DNA of 64,000 nucleotides, taken from Candidatus Nanohaloarchaea archaeon (GTDB lineage: Archaea > Nanohalarchaeota > Nanosalinia > Nanosalinales > Nanosalinaceae). Below the pieces are notes generated by a model. It worked only from the letters and a program-made list of their open reading frames with translations. It searched no databases and was not told where the DNA came from. How positions within the stretch are numbered: position 1 is the stretch's first letter; every line of letters begins with the position of its first letter. The position numbers and the translations under genes are program-made. Location of the stretch: contig CP046106.1 of assembly GCA_013343275.1 (NCBI GenBank), forward strand, positions 448,001-512,000. The letters are read 5' to 3'. This document shows, piece after piece, positions 49,754 through 60,083 of this stretch.

Positions 49754-49878
49754 TTAGACGGTTAATTGATGGTTGGGAGTGTACTTTTTTGAATCACTTG
49801 CAGTATTTTGGTTATTGTTTTTCTGGTTAGGCTTAAATAGTTAGGAAGACCATTTCTGGGTAGAGGTAAGAACTGTCG

Positions 49879-50034
49879 ATGAGCGTGGAGTGTGAGAAGT
49901 GCGGTAACGATTTGCAGGTTAATCCTGTTGACAAACCGAACGTGGACTGGATGAAAGTTGTCTGCAGCGAATGTGGTCATGTAGAGAATATTTCGATGAT
50001 CCGGCTTTCTGCTACAGCAACTCAGGAGAGATAA
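49879..50034 (+). CDS. Small CxxCG zinc-ribbon protein (51 aa)
   Basis: Read by hand: MSVECEKCGNDLQVNPVDKPNVDWMKVVCSECGHVENISMIRLSATATQER*. GAGGT SD upstream. Confidence 0.72.
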   Translation: MSVECEKCGNDLQVNPVDKPNVDWMKVVCSECGHVENISMIRLSATATQER

Positions 50035-50118
50035 CAAAGTAAAAAATCTCTCCACCACCGATTTTCGGTTTTTCGAAGATGTTAAAAGTTCTCAGGCCTT
50101 ATTTTCTGGTAGATAGTT

Positions 50119-50652
50119 ATGGTAAATAAATGGCAAGATTACGAGACAGGGCCTGATGCGCCTGAAGAAATCTATGCAATTGTTGAAAATCCGACCGGAA
50201 CAAAGAACAAGTACGAATACGACAAGGAGAAGGAGTCTGTAGTTCTGGACAGAGTTCTTCACTCCGCAGTACATTATCCAGGAGACTACGGGTTCATCCC
50301 GCAGGCCTACTACGAGGACGGCGATCCAATGGACATCCTAGTCCTCACTACTCACGCCACCTTCCCTGGCTGTGTAATCGAGTGCAGGCCTATTGGAATC
50401 CTGTACATGGATGATGGAGGCGAGCAGGACGACAACATTATCGCAGTTCCAACCGAAGATCCAAGATGGGACGGCGTTGACAGCCTCGACGATCTATCCG
50501 ACCACAAGAAAGAGGAGATTGCAGAGTTCTTCAAGACCTACAAGAACCTCGAACCTAAGAAGCATGTCGAAATCGAGGGATGGGGCGGACAGGACGACGC
50601 ACACGACGCAATCAACCGCTCAATGGAACTCTACAGCGAAAAGTTTGAGTAA
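50119..50652 (+). CDS. ppa: Inorganic pyrophosphatase
   Basis: KYEYDK, YPGDYGFIP, DGDPMD, FFKTYK.LE. Confidence 0.96.
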   Translation: MVNKWQDYETGPDAPEEIYAIVENPTGTKNKYEYDKEKESVVLDRVLHSAVHYPGDYGFIPQAYYEDGDPMDILVLTTHATFPGCVIECRPIGILYMDDGGEQDDNIIAVPTEDPRWDGVDSLDDLSDHKKEEIAEFFKTYKNLEPKKHVEIEGWGGQDDAHDAINRSMELYSEKFE

Positions 50653-50689
50653 AAAATTCCCCGGAGGCCTGATAAAGAGGGCCTTCTCT

Positions 50690-51211
50690 TCATTTTCTAT
50701 TTCTTTCTACAAGTACTGCATTTCCTCCTGTTTCTCTGCGTATAGGAGTTACTTTTCCCGCAGTTTCAGTGCTTATATCCAGGGCCAGCTCTTCGACTTC
50801 GGGCAGTTCTCCTCCTGCATCTCTTTCTACTTCCGTCATTAGTGCTGCATCGAGGCCCTCATCTACCTTCCTTGCTATTGACTTGTAGTTCTCTACGGGA
50901 TTGTTTCTGGTGTTTTCCGGGTTGTATCTAAGCACTCCGGGCTTTGGAACCATCAACATTGCGGATTCGGTTCCGAGTTCGCCGCTGTAGTCCCACTCGA
51001 AAACGTTGGATTCTATATCATACTCAGGGCTTTCCTGTCCTGGAACTCCAAGCCAGTAAGGTTCTGACTCCACGCCTTGTTCCTCAAAGCTGTCTGCAGC
51101 ATCGTAAAGCCACTGATTTCTCTCAGTTTGCAGAGACTTGCCTGTAGCTACAACCGCTGTCGAACCATCTTCCTCCAGTCTTTCAGCAACATACTCATAC
51201 AGGCCCGTCAT
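50690..51211 (-). CDS. Hypothetical acidic protein
   Basis: Host-like composition; no family recognised. Confidence 0.65.
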   Translation of the reverse strand: MTGLYEYVAERLEEDGSTAVVATGKSLQTERNQWLYDAADSFEEQGVESEPYWLGVPGQESPEYDIESNVFEWDYSGELGTESAMLMVPKPGVLRYNPENTRNNPVENYKSIARKVDEGLDAALMTEVERDAGGELPEVEELALDISTETAGKVTPIRRETGGNAVLVERNRK

Positions 51212-51257
51212 ATTTTCGTTACCGCCGATCAACAACTTAACTGTTGTGGTGCGGTTT

Positions 51258-52070
51258 CTAGCTGCCGGTACTGGAGTAGTTGCTGAGGCCGTATTTCCAG
51301 AACCTGTAGGCCAGGAAGTAGAATACCGGGCCTACAAACGGCGTGACGAGTTTCCAGGTGTGGAAGCCTTCTTTTCCGAGCAGGAAGGATACAGGGAAGA
51401 ATGATGCGAAGGCTAGCGGTATCAGTGTGACGAGCAGGGCCTGTATCACTACGCCGAATATTCCTATAGGGTATTTTCTGAAGTTGCTGATGCGGAAGAT
51501 CAGCCAGATTGCGCTGCGGGAGGTACCTGTCCAGAATGCAGTGGTTGAGAACACCAGGTAGATCGAGGCCACTACAAGTATTCCGCTGACCATTGCAGAT
51601 GCCGCATAGACTAGTTCAACTAGGCCAAGGTTCAGGCCTATTTTTGTGCCTGCATAGATTACGAGCGCGAAGTTTGCGATTATCTTAGGCAGATTGTTGT
51701 CGTGGACATCGTCAGCATAGACTTGGAATAGCGGGTTCAGAGGCCTTAAGAGGAATCTGTCCATGTCTCCTGAGATTATGTAGTTTTCTCCAAGCCTTGT
51801 GATGTTGAACAGGAACATGTTCTGTATGAAGATTACCATTCCACCGAATCCGGAGAGGAAAAGCATTTCGTTGAACGTCCAGCCCTGCAAGGTCTCAATC
51901 TGTGTGAATACCAGTGTCAGGAAGGATATAGAGACTGCTACACTTACCGTCTGGCCTAGAGCTCCCAGCAGGAAATCTTTTTTGTATACAAGCCTGGATT
52001 TCCAGTACTGTACGAAGTACAGCCAGTAGATTCGGGCGTATTTCCTGAAAGTATCGATTTTGTTTCTCAC
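51258..52070 (-). CDS. ABC-2 family permease (DUF990-like)
   Basis: GDMDRFLLRPLNP, KYPIGIF, YSSTGS C-terminus. Confidence 0.9.
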   Translation of the reverse strand: MRNKIDTFRKYARIYWLYFVQYWKSRLVYKKDFLLGALGQTVSVAVSISFLTLVFTQIETLQGWTFNEMLFLSGFGGMVIFIQNMFLFNITRLGENYIISGDMDRFLLRPLNPLFQVYADDVHDNNLPKIIANFALVIYAGTKIGLNLGLVELVYAASAMVSGILVVASIYLVFSTTAFWTGTSRSAIWLIFRISNFRKYPIGIFGVVIQALLVTLIPLAFASFFPVSFLLGKEGFHTWKLVTPFVGPVFYFLAYRFWKYGLSNYSSTGS

Positions 52071-52074
52071 CGTC

Positions 52075-52857
52075 TTAGCCTCCCTGCACCGTCAGTCTTT
52101 TCTTTGCTTTTCGCCAGAGAAGCTCTGCGAGAACGAACAGAACTACTATCCACGCTACCTGTAACCCCAGAACGCGGAGAGCGCTCTCCGCTGTACCCTG
52201 GTAGATAGAGATAGGGCCGTCTACCATCCACGGGAAGGGAGTGAGATAGAATAGCTGTCTGATTCCTTCCGGCACCAGGTACAGCGGGATCATTGCTCCG
52301 GATAGAAGGCCTGCCAGCATTGTTCTCATCATTCTGAGACTCCAGCCTACCTTCGTCCAGAAGACTAGCATCGATGTAGCATAGGAAAGTACGATAGCTA
52401 GGTTCAGAGTCAGGAACAGCGAGGCCAGGAATACTACGGCATCTGCCGGGCCTGGTATTCCCACGTTCAGGAAGGCTATACCTGCCAGTAGTGCCGGGAG
52501 ACCTCTGATAACCATTTTGAAGGATGATCGGCCTATTTCGTAGAAGTATAGCTGTGATCTCAGGGAGACAGGCTTTTTCAGTTCGTTGACTATTGTTCCT
52601 CTCCTGATCCTGTCGCCGACCCAGTTTTCCAGGTTGGCCGAGGTAGCGTTGTTTATCACACGGGCCAGCGCCACGTACGATATAATTGTGCTGAAAGGTA
52701 CTGCAAGTGTTCCTGAGGCCGCGATCGCCTTCCAGACATAGTAGAAAAGTACCAGCGAGATAAGAGTGGAGCCTATACCTGAGAGTGTGTTTGCCCTGTA
52801 CTGCAGGCCTTCTCTGAGACCTACTTTTGTGAAAGAGAGGTACTTGCCGAGTTTCAT
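52075..52857 (-). CDS. ABC-2 family permease
   Basis: IRRGTIVNELKKP, LSGAMIPL, TVQGG C-terminus. Confidence 0.9.
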   Translation of the reverse strand: MKLGKYLSFTKVGLREGLQYRANTLSGIGSTLISLVLFYYVWKAIAASGTLAVPFSTIISYVALARVINNATSANLENWVGDRIRRGTIVNELKKPVSLRSQLYFYEIGRSSFKMVIRGLPALLAGIAFLNVGIPGPADAVVFLASLFLTLNLAIVLSYATSMLVFWTKVGWSLRMMRTMLAGLLSGAMIPLYLVPEGIRQLFYLTPFPWMVDGPISIYQGTAESALRVLGLQVAWIVVLFVLAELLWRKAKKRLTVQGG

Positions 52858-53838
52858 CTACAGGCCCTCGTTGTACACCTTTTTCACTACAGTTTCTATA
52901 TCCGGCTCCCTGATCTGGAAGTCAAGCACATCGTAGTTATCGAGTACTTCTCTCATCAGGTCGCTGGCAGAGATTACCTCGCGGTCGAAAACTATCTCTA
53001 CATGGCCGTCATCCTGATTGATCTCCTTTATGCCTTCCAGTTCAAGCTCGACAGGCTCTGTACCTCTGGTATCCATAACCAGTCTCCTCGAGGTGAATCT
53101 GTTCACCAAGGTGTCCAGCTCTCCATCGTAGATCTTCTTCCCTTCATCCAGAACCACTATTCTATCACAGAGGTCCTCTATATCGCCGATATCGTGCGTT
53201 GTCAGCATTACAGTGATATCTTTCTCCCTGTTCATCTTCTTGATGAAGTCCCTGATCCTTTCCTTAACTGCAACATCTAGGCCGATAGTAGGCTCATCGA
53301 GATAGACAATTTTAGGATGGTGGAGGAAGGCTGCTGCCAGCTCGCACCTCATCTTCTGGCCCAGCGAAAGTTTCCGGACAGGCTGGTCCCAGAAATCGGA
53401 GAGCTGGAGAACCTCGTCGAACTCCTCTATACGGGCCTCGTAGTCCTCATCGCTGACCTCATAGATCTCTTTCAGGAGCTTGAAACTTTCTTTTACCGGC
53501 AGATCCCACCAGAGCTGTGTTTTCTGTCCGAACACCACTCCAATATTCATTGCGTTTTTCTTTCTATGTTTATGCGGATCTCTTCCGTCAACCTCAATTT
53601 GGCCGGAAGATGGCTCGAGAATACCTGTTAACATCTTTACAGTAGTGGATTTTCCAGCGCCGTTGGCCCCGATATACCCTATCATCTCGCCTTCCTCGAT
53701 CTCAAGGTTCAGATCCTCTACGGCGTGAACTTCCTCGTAGTCCCGGGAGAGAAAGCTTTTCAGATATCCTTTGATACCCTCTCCTCTCTGGTAGATTCGG
53801 AAAGTCTTGTTCAGGTTCTCGGCTTTGATTAAACTCAT
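52858..53838 (-). CDS. ABC transporter ATP-binding protein
   Basis: GANGAGKST, LSLGQ, LDEPTIGLD, TTH. Confidence 0.95.
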   Translation of the reverse strand: MSLIKAENLNKTFRIYQRGEGIKGYLKSFLSRDYEEVHAVEDLNLEIEEGEMIGYIGANGAGKSTTVKMLTGILEPSSGQIEVDGRDPHKHRKKNAMNIGVVFGQKTQLWWDLPVKESFKLLKEIYEVSDEDYEARIEEFDEVLQLSDFWDQPVRKLSLGQKMRCELAAAFLHHPKIVYLDEPTIGLDVAVKERIRDFIKKMNREKDITVMLTTHDIGDIEDLCDRIVVLDEGKKIYDGELDTLVNRFTSRRLVMDTRGTEPVELELEGIKEINQDDGHVEIVFDREVISASDLMREVLDNYDVLDFQIREPDIETVVKKVYNEGL

Positions 53839-53864
53839 AGAAAAGAAGTTTTCAGCACAATTTT

Positions 53865-54263
53865 TTAACTTCTCCACCAGGGCTCATATGTCTCGAGGTA
53901 TGAGGGTTCTCTAGGCAACTCGGCACCATCTATAGAAAAATAAACCGAGTAATCTCCGTCTGCTACTCTGAGGAATTGATCGCCATCCACTGTAACCAGC
54001 ATCTTTGACTCAGTTCGCGGACTCTCCTCATAAGGATCCATTCCGTAACTGTCAAGTATTGAAGTTGACAAATCCGGGGAAAGTTCTGCTCTTTCGAGAG
54101 GTCTGTAGCCCGAGAAATCGAAGAATAAATCTTCTTTCCGGAAACCTCTAGCAGGTAGTTGAGTCCTTGCCTCATCAATATCGGTCAGATGCACAAGCGA
54201 AACCTCATCTTTATCTAGAAAACTATGCGTCTTATTCCAACCTGATTCGCCAGCATCTGCCAT
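53865..54263 (-). CDS. Hypothetical protein
   Basis: Acidic ORF; no family recognised; start uncertain. Confidence 0.55.
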   Translation of the reverse strand: MADAGESGWNKTHSFLDKDEVSLVHLTDIDEARTQLPARGFRKEDLFFDFSGYRPLERAELSPDLSTSILDSYGMDPYEESPRTESKMLVTVDGDQFLRVADGDYSVYFSIDGAELPREPSYLETYEPWWRS

Positions 54264-54339
54264 CAACAAAAAACCACCAAGCAAAACTTTTATCGATTAC
54301 TGAGAGAAATAAAGAAAGGAATACGTAAAGAGCCAAGGA

Positions 54340-55974
54340 CTATTCCTTCACCTTGACAGGCACTCCTTTCTCCTTCAAAAGCTCTACCTGGCGCTTGACG
54401 AAGTCTTCCTCATTAGATCCCTTTGTCGCAATCATGTAGACCTGTGCATCTCCAAAAGGCCTCATAACCCTTCCAGCCCTCTGAGTTGCCTGTCTACGGG
54501 AACCTCCCTGGCCCGACATGATGATTCCAACTTCTGTATCGGGTAGGTCAAGGCCTTCATCTCCGATCCTGGAGACAATGATCGTATTCATCTTGTCCTG
54601 ACGGAAGTCCTCAAAGTACTCCTCTCTGTCGTCAAAGTCAGTCTCACCGGAGATGAACGGTATATCGAACTTCTCAGAGATTTCCTCTCCCTGATCTATC
54701 CAGTCACAGAAGATAATCGTTTTCTCATCCTGATGCTCCTCCAGTAGATCCTCCAGCATAGGAATCTTCGCAGGGTTCTTAGAAGCCACTATTGCTTTCT
54801 TGATACCTGAGGCCTCCTCGTACTTGTGACGGTAGAAATCGGACTCCCATTCCACAAGGTTGATCTCTACATCCGGCTTGACAACGTAGCCTTCCGAGAA
54901 GAAACGGGCCCAGTCGCCGCCGATCTCCTGACCGATTAAAGCAAATATCTCCCGTTCCTTGGAGTCTTCCCTGACAGGGGAGGCCGATAGGCCTATCCTG
55001 CGGGTTGACTGTAGCGAAGCAGTCTTCCTGAACAGTTTGGATGGAATATGGTGTACTTCGTCGAAGATGATCAGGCCCCATTCCTTCTGGAATAGAGAGG
55101 TCTTCTCTCCAGCCATGTGGTATGTTGCGATCGTCACGTCCTTCATCTTCTTCTGATCTCCGTGGTACTGGCCGATCTGGTCCTCTGTCAGAGTTGTTTT
55201 GTCAAGTATTTCTCTTTTCCACTGGTTTACGAGCGATCTCTGCGGTACAAGTACCAGTGTCGGTGCGTCAACCTTCGCCATAAGGCCTATGCTGGTTACA
55301 GTCTTTCCTGATCCTGCAGGGTTGGCAAGTACTGCTGCTCTTTTCTCGTAGGCCTTTTCGACGTATTCTTCCTGGTAGTCACGTAGCTCTATTCCTTTGA
55401 GATCACAGCCAATTTTTTCGCTGGATTCCCGGAATTTTGAGTTGTCCTCTACCGGGTAGCCTTTCTTTAGAAGCGCTTTCTTGATCTCTGCGCGGGATTT
55501 AGCTCCCATCTGGATTCGGGACTTGGTGTCGGAGAGGTCGACGGAGAGATTCTGTCTTACTTTGTCGATTCCTCGGGCCCATTCCATTCGTTCCGGCTCT
55601 TCTGCTATGAGTACATGAGCCATTCGTTCGTGTTCGATCCGGAACATTTCCTGTTTTTCGTAGGTGCGCTCTACCCATTCGATGAAGTGCGGGTAGGATC
55701 CTACGAGTCGCGTGTATTTCTCCTTCATCTCCTCCAGCGAGAGATCGGAGTTCCAGACATCCATTTCCCTTACCTGGAACTTGTAGTGGTCTCCGGAGGA
55801 TGTTTCCATGTGTGAGATGGAAGATATTTCGCGTAATGTTTCCTCTGTAGGGTTTGAAAGTATAATTTCTCTCTGCGGTTCGAAGAAGACCACCTGATCT
55901 TCCTGCAGTTCATTTACTTTATCGATCAGTTCTTCCTTCGAAAGATCCTCTAGATCCGAATTTTCCTCTGACAT
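54340..55974 (-). CDS. xpb: XPB/Rad25-type DNA repair helicase
   Basis: LRDYQ, PAGSGKT, DEVHH, SASPVRED (RED motif), QRAGRVMR. Confidence 0.9.
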   Translation of the reverse strand: MSEENSDLEDLSKEELIDKVNELQEDQVVFFEPQREIILSNPTEETLREISSISHMETSSGDHYKFQVREMDVWNSDLSLEEMKEKYTRLVGSYPHFIEWVERTYEKQEMFRIEHERMAHVLIAEEPERMEWARGIDKVRQNLSVDLSDTKSRIQMGAKSRAEIKKALLKKGYPVEDNSKFRESSEKIGCDLKGIELRDYQEEYVEKAYEKRAAVLANPAGSGKTVTSIGLMAKVDAPTLVLVPQRSLVNQWKREILDKTTLTEDQIGQYHGDQKKMKDVTIATYHMAGEKTSLFQKEWGLIIFDEVHHIPSKLFRKTASLQSTRRIGLSASPVREDSKEREIFALIGQEIGGDWARFFSEGYVVKPDVEINLVEWESDFYRHKYEEASGIKKAIVASKNPAKIPMLEDLLEEHQDEKTIIFCDWIDQGEEISEKFDIPFISGETDFDDREEYFEDFRQDKMNTIIVSRIGDEGLDLPDTEVGIIMSGQGGSRRQATQRAGRVMRPFGDAQVYMIATKGSNEEDFVKRQVELLKEKGVPVKVKE

Positions 55975-56019
55975 ACCCGTGTGAAGGAATGTTAAATCTT
56001 AAATCCCTAATCCTGTTGT

Positions 56020-56622
56020 GTGAAAACCGAGCTCAAGAAACAGCTTTCGAAAATAAGCGATTTCGAGAACCCTAGAATCAGTCTGGAGCAGTACCGCACC
56101 CCTCCAGCGCTTGCAGCCGATCTACTGCATACAGCATACATGCAGGGAGATATTGAAGGCCTTAAAGTAGCAGATCTAGGTGCAGGTACCGGAATGCTCA
56201 GTCTTGGAGCTGCACTTCTAGGAGCAGAAGTTGTAGCTGTTGAGAAAGAGGATGATGCTGTAAGAATACTGGAGGAGAACGCCAAAGATCTAGGCCTTGA
56301 AGTCGAGATAGTTCAGGAAGATATTGAGGAGTTCAATCAGGATGCTGATACTGTATTGATGAACCCTCCTTTTTCCCAGCACTCTGATATAGGCCTCAAG
56401 TTCTGGGAGAAGGCATTGGAGCACGGCGATACGGTTTACGGGATCAGTCCTCGAGGCCTGCGTGAACGTATAAAAGATTTTGTAGGAAATTCCAGTCATG
56501 AAGTACTGGCGGTAGAGGAGTTCAGTATCTCTTTGCCGCCGAGTTACGGCTTTCATACAGAGGAAAGCCATGAAACCGAGATAGACTTGATAATCACGAG
56601 GAGAACAGATAATGGAACTTGA
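56020..56622 (+). CDS. METTL5-like N6-adenine RNA methyltransferase
   Basis: LEQYRTP, DLGAGTG, MNPPF, FH. Confidence 0.88.
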   Translation: MKTELKKQLSKISDFENPRISLEQYRTPPALAADLLHTAYMQGDIEGLKVADLGAGTGMLSLGAALLGAEVVAVEKEDDAVRILEENAKDLGLEVEIVQEDIEEFNQDADTVLMNPPFSQHSDIGLKFWEKALEHGDTVYGISPRGLRERIKDFVGNSSHEVLAVEEFSISLPPSYGFHTEESHETEIDLIITRRTDNGT

Positions 56623-56854
56623 AGCAGTAGAAAAAGGAGACCGGCTTATCGTAAACTTTCAGAAAAACCACACAGTCGCAAATCTTGTAAGGAAGGCAAT
56701 CTGGAAGAACGGCGGAGAAGCCGGTTACGACAAAGGACACCCACTGGGCGAAGACTCAAACCTTGTAATCGACGCAGACAACCCTCGCGAAGTACTCAAG
56801 GAAGGAATCGACACCGCTCAGGAATGGATGGAAGAGCTCGAAGACCAGGCCTAG
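56612..56854 (+). CDS. rpoL: RNA polymerase subunit Rpo11 (RpoL)
   Basis: HTVANL, AGY..GHPL; conserved neighbourhood with METTL5-like gene and TFS. Confidence 0.8.
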   Translation: MELEAVEKGDRLIVNFQKNHTVANLVRKAIWKNGGEAGYDKGHPLGEDSNLVIDADNPREVLKEGIDTAQEWMEELEDQA

Positions 56855-56926
56855 AGAAGGCCTTTCTTCTGGATAAATTTTTCTCAAGGGTTAACTCAAA
56901 AAAGAGGTCTCTCCAAGTTTTTCTTC

Positions 56927-57664
56927 ATGGATATCAGAAACCAGTACAGTTCTTTCAGGGATCAGGTCAAGGAGTTCGATGATATATACTTTATTTTCCT
57001 GGCTGTTCTCCTGGCATTCGGTACCCTTCAGACAACCGGAGCTGTTCTTGACACAGAGAAGCCTGTTGTTACCGTAGTTTCGCCATCCATGTGCCCGGAG
57101 CTACAGGTAGGAGACATCCTTTTCGTTAAAGGAGCTTCATACAGCAACATCCATGAAGGAGACATAATTGTATACAATGTCCCTGACAGAGTGGAATTCA
57201 CGGTAGGAGAGAGGAGGTATGTTCTGGAGCAGAATCAGAGCGGCACCCCATCAGTTGTTACTTCTATAGGCCGTTTCTCACTTCTCGGTGTCGATCCTGC
57301 ACGCGACAGAGACAACGACAGAGTTAGAATGTCGCTGAACGGAACCCAGCTGGAACCAATGTTTGAGGGCGAGAGCTACAGCATATCAGGCCGTAGCGTT
57401 GAGATCACATATGCTACAGATTTACCTCCTGGAGATATCCCTATCGTCCACAGAGTCGTGGAGAAAAATCCCTCCTATCTTGAAACTATGGGTGACGCCA
57501 ACACAGGGCAGCTCGAGTTTGAGAAGCATGTTGAGCCAGATCAGATTCACGGCAAGGTTTTCTTTGAAATTCCTCGTGTCGGCCTTGTAAAGCTCTGGAC
57601 TATGGACTTGCTGGGGTATGCTGGTGACAGGCCTTTCGTTATTGATAACACTCCTTCGTGCTAG
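56927..57664 (+). CDS. Signal peptidase I (archaeal Sec11/S26B type)
   Basis: VVSPSM.P.L..GD, IVHRV, TMGDAN, IPRVG. Confidence 0.88.
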   Translation: MDIRNQYSSFRDQVKEFDDIYFIFLAVLLAFGTLQTTGAVLDTEKPVVTVVSPSMCPELQVGDILFVKGASYSNIHEGDIIVYNVPDRVEFTVGERRYVLEQNQSGTPSVVTSIGRFSLLGVDPARDRDNDRVRMSLNGTQLEPMFEGESYSISGRSVEITYATDLPPGDIPIVHRVVEKNPSYLETMGDANTGQLEFEKHVEPDQIHGKVFFEIPRVGLVKLWTMDLLGYAGDRPFVIDNTPSC

Positions 57665-57705
57665 AAGTAGTTAATTTAAAGGTTGGTTGTTTAATCTATG
57701 GCAAT

Positions 57706-58041
57706 ATGGACTTCTGTGACGAATGTGGAGGAATGCTTGTATCCCAGAAGAAAGATGGGGAAACAGTAATGGAGTGCCGTGACTGCGGTCATGTTCAGGA
57801 CGTAGAGGGCGGTGACTACAAGGTAACTGAGGAGAAAGAAGACGATCCTATGAACCGTCTGAACGTTAATGAAGAGGGAGGCGACGAATCCACAAGGCCG
57901 ACTACGACAAAAGAATGCAAGAAGTGCGGTGAAGAGACAGAGCAGGAATGGTGGATGGAGCAGACACGTGCATCAGACGAGCCGGCCACACGTTTCTACA
58001 AGTGCCGTCAGTGCGGTAACGTGTACAAAGAATACGATTAA
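57706..58041 (+). CDS. tfs: Transcription factor S
   Basis: Two Zn ribbons; QTRASDEP with the acidic DE pair. Confidence 0.92.
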   Translation: MDFCDECGGMLVSQKKDGETVMECRDCGHVQDVEGGDYKVTEEKEDDPMNRLNVNEEGGDESTRPTTTKECKKCGEETEQEWWMEQTRASDEPATRFYKCRQCGNVYKEYD

Positions 58042-58043
58042 AC

Positions 58044-58670
58044 CTATTCTTCCTCTATCTCTACATTTTCAGCATCTATTTCATCGACAACAGAGTTCAA
58101 AGAAGTTCTAAGCTTACTTAACTCTCTATTAATCTTCTCAGTCCTGTTCTCAAACTGTGACTTCTCAACCTTGCTCTCAAGATCCCACTCCTGTCGATTC
58201 GAGTCAAGGATAAACTCCTCCTCGATCTCGCTGACCTTGTCCTCCAGGCTATTTACCCTCTCAAAGATCTCTCTATCCTGATTATCAATTTTGCTCTCAA
58301 GCTTCGAAACGCGGTTCTCAAGCCTCTGAGAGTCAGCTTTCTGGTTATTTAATTTCTGCTTCAGAGAAGAAATTTCGCTCCTGACATCATCCTTACTATC
58401 GTTAAGCTGCCTGAGCTTCTTATTCTGTTTAGACTGGATCTTGCTAAGTCTGCGGAAAATCCTCTCCAAGTCGTTAAGATCCTGCTTGTTTTTCTCAACA
58501 TCAGCCTGAAGGCCTTCAGAGAAATTCTGCTGAAGAGAATTGAAACGTGACTCAAAATCCTGAAGTGCGTTATCCATCGCATTAACGTGCGACTGAAGAG
58601 ACTGAATCTGTTCCTCTAACTGTTCAGTATTTTCAGCTGCCTCCTCACCTTTCTGACCTAACAAGTCCAT
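58044..58670 (-). CDS. Coiled-coil protein
   Basis: Continuous heptad pattern. Confidence 0.7.
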   Translation of the reverse strand: MDLLGQKGEEAAENTEQLEEQIQSLQSHVNAMDNALQDFESRFNSLQQNFSEGLQADVEKNKQDLNDLERIFRRLSKIQSKQNKKLRQLNDSKDDVRSEISSLKQKLNNQKADSQRLENRVSKLESKIDNQDREIFERVNSLEDKVSEIEEEFILDSNRQEWDLESKVEKSQFENRTEKINRELSKLRTSLNSVVDEIDAENVEIEEE

Positions 58671-58702
58671 AACCAGTTTTTGAGTTTGCTGGTATTTAAT
58701 CC

Positions 58703-58954
58703 CTAGTGCCGATGCCTCCAGTCAATCAACAGAATCTCCGCACCAGCCACAAAAAAGGCAAAACTCGCAACCATCAGGCCCGCAAACAGCTGGTACTCTC
58801 CAGGCCTGTAGTTATAGATCCCGGTACTGACGCGGTAACCTAGGTACGCGAAAAGAGCCACGAACGAGAGAAATCCTGTCAGAACCAGGAACTCTCCAAG
58901 AGGCCTGTTGTACAGAACCTTGTCATGGAGTTTCTCGAGGTTTTCGCGCACCAT
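58703..58954 (-). CDS. Small 2-TM membrane protein
   Basis: Two hydrophobic segments. Confidence 0.65.
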   Translation of the reverse strand: MVRENLEKLHDKVLYNRPLGEFLVLTGFLSFVALFAYLGYRVSTGIYNYRPGEYQLFAGLMVASFAFFVAGAEILLIDWRHRH

Positions 58955-58985
58955 ATTGAAATAGTTTTATCTCGGCTTATTTATT

Positions 58986-59315
58986 ATGCCCGAGAATCAA
59001 AGACGAGCGCCGGCAAGGCCTAAAGATATCGAGGAGATCGACCCGCAAAAAGATATTAGAGTACGAGTCGTAGGAACAGTAATTTCAGTAGACGACGACT
59101 CTGTCACAATCGACGACAGCACCGGATCTGTAGAGGTATTCCTGGAAGACGAGGCCATGGAAGATCTTGAAGAACAGCAGAGAATTAGAGTGCTCGGCCG
59201 AGTACTGCCGACCCCTGACAGCTTTGAAATCCAGGGAGAGATCGTGCAGAGCTTCGAAGACGTCGACCCAGAAATCTACGACAGCGTTAAAAAAGTTGTT
59301 AACACTTCTGAGTAA
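58986..59315 (+). CDS. OB-fold protein (RPA small subunit-like)
   Basis: RRAPA, RVRVVGTV, IDDSTGSV, RVLGRV; immediately upstream of pcna. Confidence 0.75.
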   Translation: MPENQRRAPARPKDIEEIDPQKDIRVRVVGTVISVDDDSVTIDDSTGSVEVFLEDEAMEDLEEQQRIRVLGRVLPTPDSFEIQGEIVQSFEDVDPEIYDSVKKVVNTSE

Positions 59316-59330
59316 CATAGGTGAGGAGGG

Positions 59331-60083
59331 GTGTTTAAAGCAGAAATCGAAGATGTTGGACTTCTACAGGACTCAATGAAAACCATTTCAGACCTAATCA
59401 GTGAAGGCCTATTCCAGTTAAAGGATGACGGCATTCACCTGGTTGCAGCAGACCCTGCAATGGTAGGTCTGGTAGATTTCCACATCGAAAAAGACGTATT
59501 CGAAAACTACGAACTTGATGAAGAATCAAAAGTAGGCCTAAATCTAGAAAATCTATACTCAATTCTTCGAAGAGCAAACAGCGATGACACAATTACTCTC
59601 GAAGTAAAGGACGACGAATCCAAGTTTTACATCAACATGGAAGGCCGCAGCACGAGAAACTTCTCACTGCCGATCCTCAATCTTTCAGAGGACGACATTC
59701 CTTCCACAGACCAGCTTGACTTCACATTCGAAGGAGAACTCGAGACAAAAGTTCTCGAAAGCGCTATAAAAGACGCGATGGTCGTCTCAGACTCCGTAAC
59801 AGTAACGGCCTCAAAGGACAGCATCGAGATCTCGGCAGAAGGCGACCAGTCCGATGTAGACTTCAAGATTACAGAGGACTCAGAAGGAGTACTGGAGCTT
59901 TCAGGAGAAGAGGCCAACTCAATGTTCAGCCTCGATTACCTGTCAAAGATGATCGGCGCCAAGAAACTATCAGATACAGTCACAGTCAAGATGGCCGACG
60001 AATTCCCAGTCAGACTGGAGTTCGAGATCCCAGATGAGGCCAACCTGAGCTTCGTACTGGCACCACGCATAGAAGAAGATTAA
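59331..60083 (+). CDS. pcna: DNA sliding clamp PCNA
   Basis: A.DPAMV, FSLDYL, FVLAPRIEED. GTG start after GGTGAGG SD. Confidence 0.96.
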   Translation: MFKAEIEDVGLLQDSMKTISDLISEGLFQLKDDGIHLVAADPAMVGLVDFHIEKDVFENYELDEESKVGLNLENLYSILRRANSDDTITLEVKDDESKFYINMEGRSTRNFSLPILNLSEDDIPSTDQLDFTFEGELETKVLESAIKDAMVVSDSVTVTASKDSIEISAEGDQSDVDFKITEDSEGVLELSGEEANSMFSLDYLSKMIGAKKLSDTVTVKMADEFPVRLEFEIPDEANLSFVLAPRIEED

